64,000 bases of DNA from Acidobacteriota bacterium (GTDB taxonomy: Bacteria > Acidobacteriota > UBA6911 > RPQK01 > CBDAPI01). Of the stretch, positions 29,551 to 40,066 are shown in pieces (position 1 is the stretch's first letter; every line of letters begins with the position of its first letter). The notes under the pieces were generated by a model that was not told where the DNA came from, did no database searches, and worked only from the letters and a program-made list of their open reading frames with translations. Position numbers and translations under genes: made by a program. The stretch spans positions 2,660,280-2,724,279 of the forward strand of contig OZ240092.1 in NCBI GenBank assembly GCA_965197285.1, given 5' to 3'.

Positions 29551-30678
29551 CTAGGACAGAACTTCATAGAACAGATCCTGATAGGAGTCGGTGACCTTCT
29601 CCCAGTCGTAGTGGCGGCGAACCCGTTCTCTGGCTCGATGCCGCAGGTGCTGGTACTCACTGCCATCTTGCCAGATCCTGGCCAGAAGGGCAGCCAGCCG
29701 GTCCACGTTGTTGAAGGCGTACACCAGACCCGTATCGGCAACGACCTCGCGGTTCTCGGGAGTGTCATTGAAAACCACCAGGCAGCCCAAGCCCATTGCC
29801 TCGATGAGAGCCGGGTGAGTTCCCCCCACCTCGGTCGCATGCACGTAACAGCGGCAGTGTGAGAGCAGCTCTCGGTAGCCGTCTCCATAAATGGCTCCGG
29901 GCATCAGGATGTTTCCCCGCCCGGCGATCTTTCGCAGATCTGAAATGTAGCGGCGACTGTAGGGGGCATCTCCCACGACGACGAGGGGATCGAGGACGCC
30001 GGCCTCGAGATAAGCCTCCATCACCTGGTGGGCATTGTTCTCCGGTTCCAGACGCGACACGTAGAGGATGAACCGATCGGGATGAATCCCCAGCCGCTGG
30101 AGGGTCTGCCGACTCTTCACGCGTTCAATGTCGGCACCGTAGGCGATAAAGGGCGTCTTCACCCCATACTCCCGCTCGTAATATGCCTGGATGGTGTGGG
30201 CGTCGCTTACGGCCACGCTGGGAACCTCTATCGCCAGAAACTCAGCCAGGCGATAGAAGGAGCGTCCGATCAGACCCCACTTACGCCTCATTCTTTCAAT
30301 GCCGTCCAGATTCAAAACCACCCGCTGCCCCGCCAGAGCCGGCAGCCAGCATAGACACGCGTTCGCCGAGTTGCAGATCAAGACGATGTCGTGGGAGTCG
30401 AAGAGAGCCCTGACGGCGCTCAGGGCAGTGTGTGAGATGGTTTCGAGGTATTTGGTCCGCACGCAGGGAAGGACGCGGATCTCCACTCCCCGGTACAGGG
30501 CCAGGCGAGGATTCACGAAATGCCGCCGGCCATAAACGCAGACGCGATGGCCCCTGCGCACCAGCCGTGCCGACAGCTCTTCCGCAAAAGTCTCAAAGCC
30601 GCCGTAATTGGCAGGAATACCTCGAGTCCCCAGGACGGCGATGTCAAGCGGCCGCCTGGAACCCGTCCGAGTGGACAT
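29551..30678 (-). CDS. GT4-family (GT-B) glycosyltransferase
   Basis: N-terminal DIAVLGTRGIPANYGGFE and a C-terminal EX7E-type region (GGTHPALIEAMGLG). Confidence 0.8.
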   Translation of the reverse strand: MSTRTGSRRPLDIAVLGTRGIPANYGGFETFAEELSARLVRRGHRVCVYGRRHFVNPRLALYRGVEIRVLPCVRTKYLETISHTALSAVRALFDSHDIVLICNSANACLCWLPALAGQRVVLNLDGIERMRRKWGLIGRSFYRLAEFLAIEVPSVAVSDAHTIQAYYEREYGVKTPFIAYGADIERVKSRQTLQRLGIHPDRFILYVSRLEPENNAHQVMEAYLEAGVLDPLVVVGDAPYSRRYISDLRKIAGRGNILMPGAIYGDGYRELLSHCRCYVHATEVGGTHPALIEAMGLGCLVVFNDTPENREVVADTGLVYAFNNVDRLAALLARIWQDGSEYQHLRHRARERVRRHYDWEKVTDSYQDLFYEVLS

Positions 30679-32008
30679 AGGGCGCCGTCACGAAAAACAT
30701 CAGTAGCGTAACCAGTTCCGAATCACCGAAGTTGTATTCCAGCAGACCGGCCCCCAGAAAAGCAACGACGATGCACATCCCGTTGTAACAGAGATAGCGC
30801 GACATCAGGTCCGGAGATTCGCGACTTTCCTCCTCCCTGGCCATACGCCAGTAGTCACGGAGCAGAAAAAGCCAGATCGAAAGCCACACCATCAGAGTGA
30901 TGACTCCCATTTCGGCGCCAATCTGGAGAGGGGAATTGTGCAGATGCTGGTAGAGCCAATCCGGGAACTCCCGATGACTTCGGTACTCGTCTGCCAGCCG
31001 CGGCACCATGCGGGGACCCACGCCCGTTAGGGGATGATCTGCCAGCATCCGGCCTCCCGTTACCAGCAGTTCGATGCGGGTTCGGGTGGTGGTGTCACTG
31101 GGGTTGAACCCATCTAGAACGCGGCGGTGAAACGAGCCTGGAAGAAGAAAGAAAAACGCGATGAGAACCACCGCCAGCGGGACAACCCACCTTCGCCTCA
31201 GTAAGAGCAGCCAACAGAAAAGGCCGGACATCGTGCCCAGCCAGGCGCTACGAGTTAAGGTCAGAAGCAGGGCTGTGCACAGCACAACGAGCATCCCGGG
31301 CCACAACCACCGAGACGGCCTGATCAAGCTCTTTTCCCGGGAATCTCGCCGGTTCCCACGCCCCACGGAGAAGGGTGCCAGAATGAGCCCCGTCAGCGCT
31401 ACGATCCCCACCATGAGCTGGCCGGAGAAGGTCATCCAGTGACTCATGAAACCGCGGATCCGGTTCAGGAGATCAACCTCAAAGAGCCAGTAGAACTGAA
31501 CGATCCCCAGTAGCGCACTCAGGGAGATCAAGAGTAAGGTGCCTTTGAGAGTCCACTCAACCTGGTCCCGGGTGAAGTAGGTGAAGATGAAGATCACCGG
31601 CGCAAAACGGATGAATCGCCTCACAAAGAGCAAACTGAAGATCGGATCGCTTGAAAACACGATCGAAACCAGAACCATAGCCATGAACAGCAGCAGGACC
31701 TTCCCAAAGGGGGGAGCCCGGAGTTGAAACCGCCCTGTGGTGAGAACCTGATAGAGCCACAGAGAAATCGCGGCCCCCAGGAAGATTCCGCTGCCCGCCA
31801 CGCTCACCACGGAACACATGACACTGGCCATTGCCGCGCGGGCGATCCATTTGCTCAGATGGCTCTCGGAGCGGTCTCGGACGGACAGCCTGTCTACGGA
31901 CGTGATGACGTTCGATGTCATAGCGTGAGCACGGAATAGGGCGAGAATTTTAGCAGAATTGAGGGGGCCCGTGTCTTGAAAATTTACTTTCACCGCCGCC
32001 CGTCTCAA
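30644..32008 (-). CDS. O-antigen ligase / O-antigen polymerase-like membrane protein (Wzy_C domain)
   Basis: About 10 TM helices and a periplasmic loop, typical of the WaaL/Wzy family. Start ambiguous. Confidence 0.5.
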   Translation of the reverse strand: MRRAAVKVNFQDTGPLNSAKILALFRAHAMTSNVITSVDRLSVRDRSESHLSKWIARAAMASVMCSVVSVAGSGIFLGAAISLWLYQVLTTGRFQLRAPPFGKVLLLFMAMVLVSIVFSSDPIFSLLFVRRFIRFAPVIFIFTYFTRDQVEWTLKGTLLLISLSALLGIVQFYWLFEVDLLNRIRGFMSHWMTFSGQLMVGIVALTGLILAPFSVGRGNRRDSREKSLIRPSRWLWPGMLVVLCTALLLTLTRSAWLGTMSGLFCWLLLLRRRWVVPLAVVLIAFFFLLPGSFHRRVLDGFNPSDTTTRTRIELLVTGGRMLADHPLTGVGPRMVPRLADEYRSHREFPDWLYQHLHNSPLQIGAEMGVITLMVWLSIWLFLLRDYWRMAREEESRESPDLMSRYLCYNGMCIVVAFLGAGLLEYNFGDSELVTLLMFFVTAPYVHSDGFQAAA

Positions 32009-32067
32009 CCTCGCTGCACGGGTTGCGTGTCCGATCGTCTCAATGCAGGGGACGAGCTCTTGTCAAT

Positions 32068-33418
32068 AGGTGTGGAAAAACATCAGGCGGCTTTCTCCTC
32101 CGGGACTTGGTTGACCGGGACTCCATTGACATATTTGGCGCCCTGGTAGACGTCTTTCATCAGCTCCGGTGCCTTCAACCGGCGGAATCGCTGCTCCGCC
32201 ACCAACAGCATCTTCCAGATCACCGCCTGGGCGTTTTCCACTTTCTTGAATCGCTTGGCCGCGTCCGTTCGCAGCCGAAGAGCGGCAAACGGTGACTCCA
32301 CTGGATTGGTGGTTCGCAGATGCTGCCACTGCTTCTTTGGATAGTTGTAAAAGGTCACCATCCGGTCCCAGTCCTGCTCGATTAGCTCAGCCGCCAGAGT
32401 CAGCCCTCGCTGCCGGCACCAGTGCTGAAAAACCTTCTTGAGTCGTTGTGCTTCTTCTCGAGTCTCGGCGTAAGGGATCTGCCGCAGGATCAGCAAGGCC
32501 GGCTTGTGCACTCGCTTAGGGAGCTTGGCCAGCAGGTTGACGATCCGATGATTCCAGCAGCGCTGCTCCTCGGCCTGGGGATAGACGTTGCGCAAAGCTC
32601 CCCAGATGCCCAGGTGGCCGTCTCCGATCACCAGCCGTGGACAGCCCATCCCCCGGCGCTTCAAGTCGCGCAGTACTTCCGACCAGCTCTGAGTCGATTC
32701 CCGATAGCCGCTCGTGACCGACACCACGGCTTTGCTTCCGTCACTTAAGGCGGCCAGCACCACCAGCAGGACTGCCTTTTCCTTCTCCAGACCCGCCTTG
32801 ACGTAGATTCCATCTACCCATAAATACACCACTTCCAGATCATTCAAGGGTCGACTCTGCCAGACTTCCCATTCGGCCTGCCACTTCTCTTTCAATCTGG
32901 CCACCGTGGAGGACGACAGGTGCGCCTTTTCCCCTAAAAGCCCTCTCAGAGCCAGATCAAAATCCCCCAGCGCCAGACCATGCAAGTACAGCTCAGGGAT
33001 CAGTTCTCGAACCTGCCGCGTCCGCTTGGCAAACAGGGGCAACACCCGACTTTCAAAGTGTTCCTCTAGATCCCGCACTCGAGGCCTTCGAACCTGGATC
33101 GTCCCCGAGCTCAGCGTCAGATGCCTCGGCTTCCCATATCCATTGCGATAGCCCGACGGAGCGTCCACGGCCCTTCGCCGCTCACTCTTACGCCGCCCTA
33201 ATAACTCCGTGACTTCCTCCTCCAGCAGCTCTTGAACCCAGCCTTGGATCTTCTCCCGCACCCAATCTTCCAGCTCCTCGAAACAAACTCTTGACTCCAC
33301 ACTTTCCTCAATCTTCTGCTTGCTCATGCGGTGTGTACTCCTTCCGTTGCGGGCCTTTCGGCCCTGGGTTTTAAATCAACCCGGAAGGATACTCACCGCC
33401 TATGCTATTTACACACCT
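32068..33418 (-). mobile_element. IS256-family insertion sequence, copy 1
   Basis: Imperfect terminal inverted repeats AGGTGTGGAAAAA and AGGTGTGTAAATA at the two ends. Length 1351 bp is typical of IS256. Confidence 0.6.
32083..33327 (-). CDS. IS256 family (mutator-type) transposase
   Basis: Mutator-family DDE region (WVDGIY...VVSVTSGYRES...CWNHRIVNLL). Confidence 0.85.
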   Translation of the reverse strand: MSKQKIEESVESRVCFEELEDWVREKIQGWVQELLEEEVTELLGRRKSERRRAVDAPSGYRNGYGKPRHLTLSSGTIQVRRPRVRDLEEHFESRVLPLFAKRTRQVRELIPELYLHGLALGDFDLALRGLLGEKAHLSSSTVARLKEKWQAEWEVWQSRPLNDLEVVYLWVDGIYVKAGLEKEKAVLLVVLAALSDGSKAVVSVTSGYRESTQSWSEVLRDLKRRGMGCPRLVIGDGHLGIWGALRNVYPQAEEQRCWNHRIVNLLAKLPKRVHKPALLILRQIPYAETREEAQRLKKVFQHWCRQRGLTLAAELIEQDWDRMVTFYNYPKKQWQHLRTTNPVESPFAALRLRTDAAKRFKKVENAQAVIWKMLLVAEQRFRRLKAPELMKDVYQGAKYVNGVPVNQVPEEKAA

Positions 33419-33539
33419 TCTGATGGTAGCTCGCAGGGGACCCCCGTGGTCCGATCAGGCGCGGCACGGAGGCCGTTCCTACCCTGGATTCTTGGTTTTT
33501 TGAAGACAGGGCCGCCGGGAGTGTTGTAGTGTTCGACGC

Positions 33540-34589
33540 ATGATCAGGACGATTGAATGGACAGAGACGGGCGTAGTGATGATCGATCAACGGCTGCTTC
33601 CTACCGAGGAGGTGTACAACACCTACCGGGAGGTCGAAGAAGTTGCCGAAGCCATTGTCGATATGGTGATTCGGGGGGCCCCGGCCATCGGCGTGGCGGC
33701 CGCCATGGGAATCGCCCTTGGGGTCAAGAACCTGCTGAGTAAGGAAAACCTGGATCAGGAGTTCGAACGCATCTGCCGGGTGATCCACGACACCCGCCCC
33801 ACGGCCCAGAACCTTTTCTGGGCGATCCAGCGCATGCAGGCCGTCTATGAAAAGCACAAGCTCGGTACTCTGGAAGATCTCAAGAGGGCGCTCCGCGACG
33901 AGGCCGTCCGGATGCACGAGGAGGACATCGAGATCAATCGACGGATGGGAGAGCACGGGCAGGAATTACTGAAGTCGGACATGAGTGTTCTGACCCACTG
34001 CAATGCCGGCGCCCTGGCCACGGCCGGTCATGGAACCGCTCTTGGGGTCATCCGCTCAGCCGTCGAAAATGGCAAGAGCATTCATGTGTTTGCGGATGAG
34101 ACGCGCCCGTTTCTGCAAGGGGCCCGTTTGACGGCCTGGGAAATGATGAAGGAGGAGATTCCCTGCACCCTGATCACCGACAGCATGGCCGGCTATTTCA
34201 TGAAGGCCGGAGAGGTCCACGCCGTCGTCGTAGGCTCTGACCGCATCGCCGCAAATGGCGACATAGCCAACAAAATCGGCACCTACACGGTGGCGGTTCT
34301 TGCCAACCAGCACGACATCCCGTTTTACGTTGCCGCGCCTCTTTCCACAATCGACCGTGACTGTCCCTCCGGAGACCAAATTCCGATCGAACTTCGCGAC
34401 ACCCGTGAAATCACCGAGATCAAGGGAAACCGGCTGGCTCCCAGAGTCACCAGGGTTAAGAACCCGGCTTTTGACGTCACCCCCAATCATCTGGTGGGAG
34501 CCATCATTACAGAAGAGGGAGTCGCGCGCGCTCCCTACCGCGAGGCCATCGCCCGGCTCTTTGAGATGGCCCAACAGCAGCCGGGATGA
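33540..34589 (+). CDS. mtnA: S-methyl-5-thioribose-1-phosphate isomerase (eIF-2B alpha/beta/delta family)
   Basis: N-terminus [17 protein letters not shown] and conserved [21 protein letters not shown] motifs. Confidence 0.85.
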   Translation: MIRTIEWTETGVVMIDQRLLPTEEVYNTYREVEEVAEAIVDMVIRGAPAIGVAAAMGIALGVKNLLSKENLDQEFERICRVIHDTRPTAQNLFWAIQRMQAVYEKHKLGTLEDLKRALRDEAVRMHEEDIEINRRMGEHGQELLKSDMSVLTHCNAGALATAGHGTALGVIRSAVENGKSIHVFADETRPFLQGARLTAWEMMKEEIPCTLITDSMAGYFMKAGEVHAVVVGSDRIAANGDIANKIGTYTVAVLANQHDIPFYVAAPLSTIDRDCPSGDQIPIELRDTREITEIKGNRLAPRVTRVKNPAFDVTPNHLVGAIITEEGVARAPYREAIARLFEMAQQQPG

Positions 34590-35647
34590 TCACTCTCGGA
34601 CTCGAATCAAGCTGCGATGAGACGGCTGCAGCCATTCTCGAAAATGGCGACCGGCTTCTCTCCAGTTTCGTGGCCTCGCAGGTCGCGACTCACCGTGACT
34701 TCGGCGGCGTTGTGCCCGAGTTGGCCAGTCGCGAACACATTGACAATATCTGTCATGTCGTGGCCCAGGCGTTAACCGGAGCGGAACTGACCTTCCGATC
34801 CCTGGATGCAATCGCCGTGACTCAGGGGCCCGGTCTGGCCGGGGCCCTCCTGGTGGGACTCACCTACGCCAAAGGACTGGCTTTTTCTCTGGGCATACCG
34901 TTCGTGGGAGTGAACCACCTGCAGGGACACATTGCGAGTGTCCTTCTGGAGAATTCGTCTGCTCAATTCCCTGCCCTCGCCCTGGTGGTTTCAGGAGGTC
35001 ATACTTCGCTTTACTATATGCCCTCTTCCACACGGGCCGAGCAACTGGCCCGGACTCTGGATGACGCAGCCGGTGAAGCTCTCGACAAACTGGCGAAACT
35101 GCTGGGTCTCGGTTATCCGGGCGGGCCCGTCATCGACCGGCTGTCGGAACTTGGAGACGCCGAGGCCGTGTCCTTTTCCCTTCCCAGAATAAAAAGTGGA
35201 GAGCTTGCCTTCAGCTTCAGCGGACTCAAGTCGGCGGCCGTCCGCTACGTCGCAAAGGAGGGGATCCTGCCCCTCGAGCGAGGGGCTGCAGACCATCCCC
35301 GACAGGCTCCCGTGCAGGTTCTCGACCTTCTGGCCAGCTACCAGAAGAGCATCGTGGACCAGTTGATTGATCGGCTGGAGCGGGGGCTTTCAAACCACCC
35401 GACGGTTCGCTCCATCCAGCTTTCGGGAGGGGTTTCCTGTAACTCAGAACTCAGGCGACGGGTGCGAAATCACTTCCAGCTAAAGGGGGTCCGGGTCTAC
35501 TACCCGAGCCCCGCGTTGACCACCGACAACGCCGCCATGATCGCAGCGGCTGGAATATTGAGGCTCCAGGCCGGCCACAGGGACGACTGGGACCTGCAGG
35601 TCGACCCCAACCTGGCCCTCTACGACGTCAGCTCGACTTCCAGGTGA
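34586..35647 (+). CDS. tsaD: tRNA N6-adenosine threonylcarbamoyltransferase TsaD (Kae1/Gcp)
   Basis: [18 protein letters not shown]-terminus with HxxGH metal-site motifs (VNHLQGH). Overlaps mtnA stop by 4 nt. Confidence 0.9.
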   Translation: MITLGLESSCDETAAAILENGDRLLSSFVASQVATHRDFGGVVPELASREHIDNICHVVAQALTGAELTFRSLDAIAVTQGPGLAGALLVGLTYAKGLAFSLGIPFVGVNHLQGHIASVLLENSSAQFPALALVVSGGHTSLYYMPSSTRAEQLARTLDDAAGEALDKLAKLLGLGYPGGPVIDRLSELGDAEAVSFSLPRIKSGELAFSFSGLKSAAVRYVAKEGILPLERGAADHPRQAPVQVLDLLASYQKSIVDQLIDRLERGLSNHPTVRSIQLSGGVSCNSELRRRVRNHFQLKGVRVYYPSPALTTDNAAMIAAAGILRLQAGHRDDWDLQVDPNLALYDVSSTSR

Positions 35648-35670
35648 GCCGGACGATGGAATAGCGCAAG

Positions 35671-36559
35671 ATGCCCTTTGACTCCCTGCGGTTCCGCAAG
35701 TCCTGGCGGCCCTATCAACAGCGCGTGCTGGACGCGATTGATCAGCACCTGGACGACGATCGATTGCATGTGGTGGCGGCTCCAGGGGCAGGCAAGACGA
35801 CCCTGGGGCTGGAAGTCTTTCGGCGGCTCGGCAAACGCACTCTGGTTCTTTCCCCGACACGGGTCATCCGAGATCAGTGGATCCATCGACTGGACGATTT
35901 TCTCGAGGGCGGAAAAGCGTCCGGGAGGGAATGGGTGAGTCGGAACATCAGGGAACCCGGCCTGTTTACATCGATCACCTATCAGGCTCTGCATGTGCAC
36001 TTTGCGGAGCAGCTGGCTGAAGAAGATCTCGAGCAATTGGACGACGACGCAGCTGTCGCCATGCTGGATGAGGAGGAATTATCGGAGACTGAACTGAACG
36101 GTTTCATCGACGCGCTGAAAAAGCATGAAGTGGGGGTGATCATCCTAGACGAGGCCCATCATCTTCGGAGGGAATGGTGGCGCGCTCTGGAAAAAGTATG
36201 CGAAGCCCTGCCGGAAATCGTGCTGGTTTCACTGACGGCCACGCCCCCCTATGACGCTCCCGGGCACGAGTGGGGGAAATATGAAAGACTTTGCGGTCCC
36301 ATCGACGAAGAGATCTCCGTGCCGGAGCTGGTCAAGGCCGGAACTCTATGCGCTCACCAGGATTACATCTGGACGGTGGACGTCAGTGCGAGCGCCAGAA
36401 AGCGGATACGCGAATACGACGAACGGGTGTCGACCCTTTGCAACACGCTTTTTCAGGACCAGGTTTTCCAGGAGATCATTCTCGCCCACTCCTGGCTGGG
36501 GGAGACCGTCGATGAGCGAGAGGTGATCAAACAGCCCCGTATCGCTGTCGCGCTGCTAG
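35671..36559 (+). pseudogene. SF2 helicase gene, 5' fragment (motifs I-III), cut by IS1380-like copy 1
   Basis: Walker A AAPGAGKTT, motif II ILDEAHH, motif III SLTATP. The ORF runs into the IS left inverted repeat and stops inside it. Confidence 0.7.
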
Positions 36560-38211
36560 CCCGGATTATGCAAGAGATCTAAATTCAAGCGAGATTTGGG
36601 CCCAGAAAAAAGGCCGTAGCTCTCTGATATAAAAGGGTTTAGAGAAACAATGACCCTAAACAGGAGCTACGGCAATGTCAAAAACAGTCTGCCAGAATAC
36701 CCTGCCATTTCATAGCCACAGAAACATCACGGCTCGTTTTGATGGGGGGAGCCTCACTTCCGACGCAGGATGGTTGTTGTTTGGATCCCTGGATCGTCAA
36801 CATCGATTGTGCGAGGGCTTCAGTTCGTGTATTGCGGAAAGTCGAGACCGACGCTACGTTCGTCATGACCTGTTGAAGTTGATCCGACAACGAGTCTTGC
36901 AGATCGTGGCCGGCTACGAAGACTGTAACGACGCCGATACGCTGCGCTCGGATCCGATGCTCAAGACCGTCTGTGATCAGTTGCCAGAGAGCGATCCCGA
37001 TTTGGCCACCCAGCCGACTTTCTCCCGCCTGGAGAACTCCGTCACCAAGAAGGATCTGATGCGTCTGAGCCGGTGGCTGCCAGGCCGTTATGTGCGCTCC
37101 CTGAAGAAGAGACGTCCCAGCAAGATCATCCTGGATCTGGACAGTACCGACGACCACACTCACGGCCAACAGGAGTTCTCCTTCTACCACGGGTATTACC
37201 GAAACCACATTCTGCATCCTTTGCTGATCTTCGATGCCGACACGGGAGACCTGGTCTGTGCCGTGTTGAGACCTGGCAACAAGGGGGCTGCCTCTCACAT
37301 CGTGCCCATTCTGAAGCGAGTCGTGGAGGCCATCCGACAAGCAGTGGGGACGGATGTCGAGATTGAGATTCGGGCCGACAGCGGCTTTGCCACGCCTCGG
37401 CTCTACGAGTTCTGTGAATGTGAAGAGAATAAACTCCAGTATGTCATTGGGTTAAGTCGAAACCCTCGCCTGCAGCGAGTGGTCGAGCCCCTGCTGGATT
37501 CGACTCGGCTGAGGTTCCTTGAGCTGGAGGAAAAACAGCGTCAGTTTGACGAGTTTCTTTATCGAGCCCACAGCTGGGATCGATCCCGTCGCGTCATTGT
37601 CAAAGTGGAGGTCGATCAGCGTGGCATCAATCGTCGCTTTGTAGTTACCAACCGGGACGATCTCTGCTCCCAATCACTTTATGACCACTACACAAACCGA
37701 GGGCAGACCGAGAACTTCATCAAGGCCTTCAAGAATCATCTGAGCATGGACCGACTCAGCTGTCATCGATTCCTGGCCAATCAGTTTCGACTCCTCCTGC
37801 ATGCACTGGCTTACCAGATGTTCGTGCGCCTGCGCGACTATCTTCACGGAACCCCCTGGCACAAGCTCGAAATCGAAACCTTACGTCGTCGGGTCCTCAA
37901 GATTGGGGCCCGGATCCGACAAACCACTCGACGCATCTGGGTCCATCTTTCCTCAGCCTTCCCCGAACAACCCCTCTTCCACCTCGTCTTGAGTCGCCTG
38001 AACTCCAGTTAGCTTTTCCCAGCTCCCCCGAAAAACCGCTTCCGACACTCATCCAGGCCCAGATCTGTCTGAAATTCACTCCCCAAACCACTCAAACGCC
38101 TCGCCAACCCATATTCTTCGCAAATCCGCCTGTCACACCTGCCCGCTTCCGAGTTGGGCCACTTCTCGAGTCGTTTTTCAACACCGAACTACGGTTCTTG
38201 CATAATCCGGG
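36560..38211 (+). mobile_element. IS1380-like insertion sequence, copy 1 (1652 bp) with 4-bp CTAG target duplication
   Basis: Inverted repeats CCCGGATTATGCAAGA...TCTTGCATAATCCGGG. CTAG at 36556-36559 and 38212-38215. Confidence 0.8.
36675..38012 (+). CDS. DDE transposase, IS1380-family-like (445 aa)
   Basis: N-terminal ...GGSLTSDAGWLLF...QIVAGYEDCNDADTLRSDP motif. The 445-aa size and the element's CC termini fit IS1380/IS4-like elements. Confidence 0.75.
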   Translation: MSKTVCQNTLPFHSHRNITARFDGGSLTSDAGWLLFGSLDRQHRLCEGFSSCIAESRDRRYVRHDLLKLIRQRVLQIVAGYEDCNDADTLRSDPMLKTVCDQLPESDPDLATQPTFSRLENSVTKKDLMRLSRWLPGRYVRSLKKRRPSKIILDLDSTDDHTHGQQEFSFYHGYYRNHILHPLLIFDADTGDLVCAVLRPGNKGAASHIVPILKRVVEAIRQAVGTDVEIEIRADSGFATPRLYEFCECEENKLQYVIGLSRNPRLQRVVEPLLDSTRLRFLELEEKQRQFDEFLYRAHSWDRSRRVIVKVEVDQRGINRRFVVTNRDDLCSQSLYDHYTNRGQTENFIKAFKNHLSMDRLSCHRFLANQFRLLLHALAYQMFVRLRDYLHGTPWHKLEIETLRRRVLKIGARIRQTTRRIWVHLSSAFPEQPLFHLVLSRLNSS

Positions 38212-38215
38212 CTAG

Positions 38216-40026
38216 CGTTTCTGAAGGCGCGCCAACTTCCGATCTCAGCCGCTTTGATGGGGATGCTGGACCTCACGGTTGACGACATTCCTGACCTGGG
38301 CAGGCACTGGTGGCAGACGCTGGTGGAGACCGTGCTGTTTTCCAGTACGTTCGAGCATTCCGATGAGCACCAGGGTTTCGTCGCTCGACTGAGAAGACAG
38401 CTGATCGCCTCCGAGTTGTTACGGAAACGGGAGCTGTCACTGGAACGATCCAGGCGAATGAACCGATCCTTGTCTCTCAGTTCGTCCAAAATTGACGCCT
38501 GCATCGCGATTCACCAACTGGAACAGAAACACCGTGGGGATCAACTGCGACAGGTGGTTTTGACAGACTACATCCGGGACGAAAAGTTGAAGAGCGGACT
38601 CGACACCGGAGAAATCAATCTGGGTGCCTGGCCGGTTTTCAAGGGTCTGATCAAGGCGTCCGCCCATCCCGAGCGGATTGCCCTGCTGACGGGACGGATC
38701 CGCGTAATTCACGAAAGCCTGCTCCGGAATCTGCTGCACGAAGTAGAGCGCGAACGATTCAGCGTCGGGCCGATCGGACCCGGCGGTACGTACCGAAGGG
38801 TCACCGGACCGCTCAACCAGTTGACGGGTGCCTTCACGTCATTGTTGATGCGGGGGGATATTCACGCGCTGGTAGGCACGCGTGCTCTGCTTGGAGAAGG
38901 TTGGGACGCTCCGGCTGTCAACTCACTGGTGCTGGCCAGTGCGGTCGGGTCGTTCATGCTGACCAATCAGATGCGGGGGAGGGCGATCCGGGTGGACAGG
39001 CAGGCGCCTGAGAAAATCAGCTCAGTCTGGCACCTCGTAGCGATTGACGTGAAGAGCTACAGCGGCCTCGGTAATCTGCATGACCTGCAGCAACGCTTCG
39101 AAACATTCGTGGGATTGTCGGAATGGGGTCCCACGATCGAGAGCGGGTTTCGACGCATGAAGGCAACTGGTTTTGATTTGCTTCAGACTTATGAAAGCCG
39201 TGACATGGCTGCTTCCAGTAACAACAGGCAGATGACGAAACGGTATGAGCAACTGCCGTCGGTAGCCGAACGCTGGAAGAAGGCCCTGACCATCGACGAC
39301 GGCGCCAGGGTGCTGCCGTCTGTTGTGACGCCCACGGTGCCGGGTTTGCGGTCCTATCACTTCAGGAACACACTCAAACACCTGCTTTTTCAACTGATTG
39401 CCGCGCTGGCGGGCGTCGCGTCCCTGATCCTGGCGATCGGCAGCAACAGTCTGAAGGGCTTTCTCTTGTCGGGAGGGATCCTCTGCCTGGGAGCGTTGCT
39501 GTACAGGCTTCCGAGGACGATCGCCCTGGTGCGCATTCTCTTCAAACACCTCCCTGTTGACGGGGCATTGAAACAAATAGGCGTGGCTTTGAATCACGCC
39601 CTGTGTCAGGCAGGGTTTATCGAAACCTCGATTCGCCGCACCCGGGTGACCTGCTGCGAGGGCCAGGACGGAACGTTTTCACTGGGTTTGTCAGGAAGCA
39701 CGTTTTATGAATCGTCCCTGTTCGCCGACTGCCTCGCTGAAATCCTGGGTCCGATCGACAAACCCAGATATATGGTCGTGCGCGAAGGCACCGTGTTCGG
39801 CTTGGACCGGGACGACTATCATGCTGTACCTCTCAAGCTGGCCGCAAGAAAGGACACGGCGAAGATATTTTACGAAGCGTGGTGCCGCTACGTGTGTCCA
39901 ACTGAGTTGATTTACACGCGCAACGATGAAGGCCGGAAACGTCTGGTGAAAGCAAAGATGCAGGCGTTTTCTTCGATCTTCGAAAGTCAGGTCAAACGCC
40001 AGGATCGCTGGCAGGCAGCCCCCTAG
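38216..40026 (+). pseudogene. SF2 helicase gene, 3' fragment (helicase-C motifs IV-VI plus a roughly 300-aa C-terminal region with a TM segment)
   Basis: Motif VI QMRGRAIR. Removing the IS and one CTAG copy restores the reading frame with 35671..36559 (..IAVALLAFLKARQLPISAALMGMLDLTV..). Confidence 0.7.
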
Positions 40027-40066
40027 CGCCGTAGCACCGACTCAGCGATCTCAGGTCCCGGGCGTA

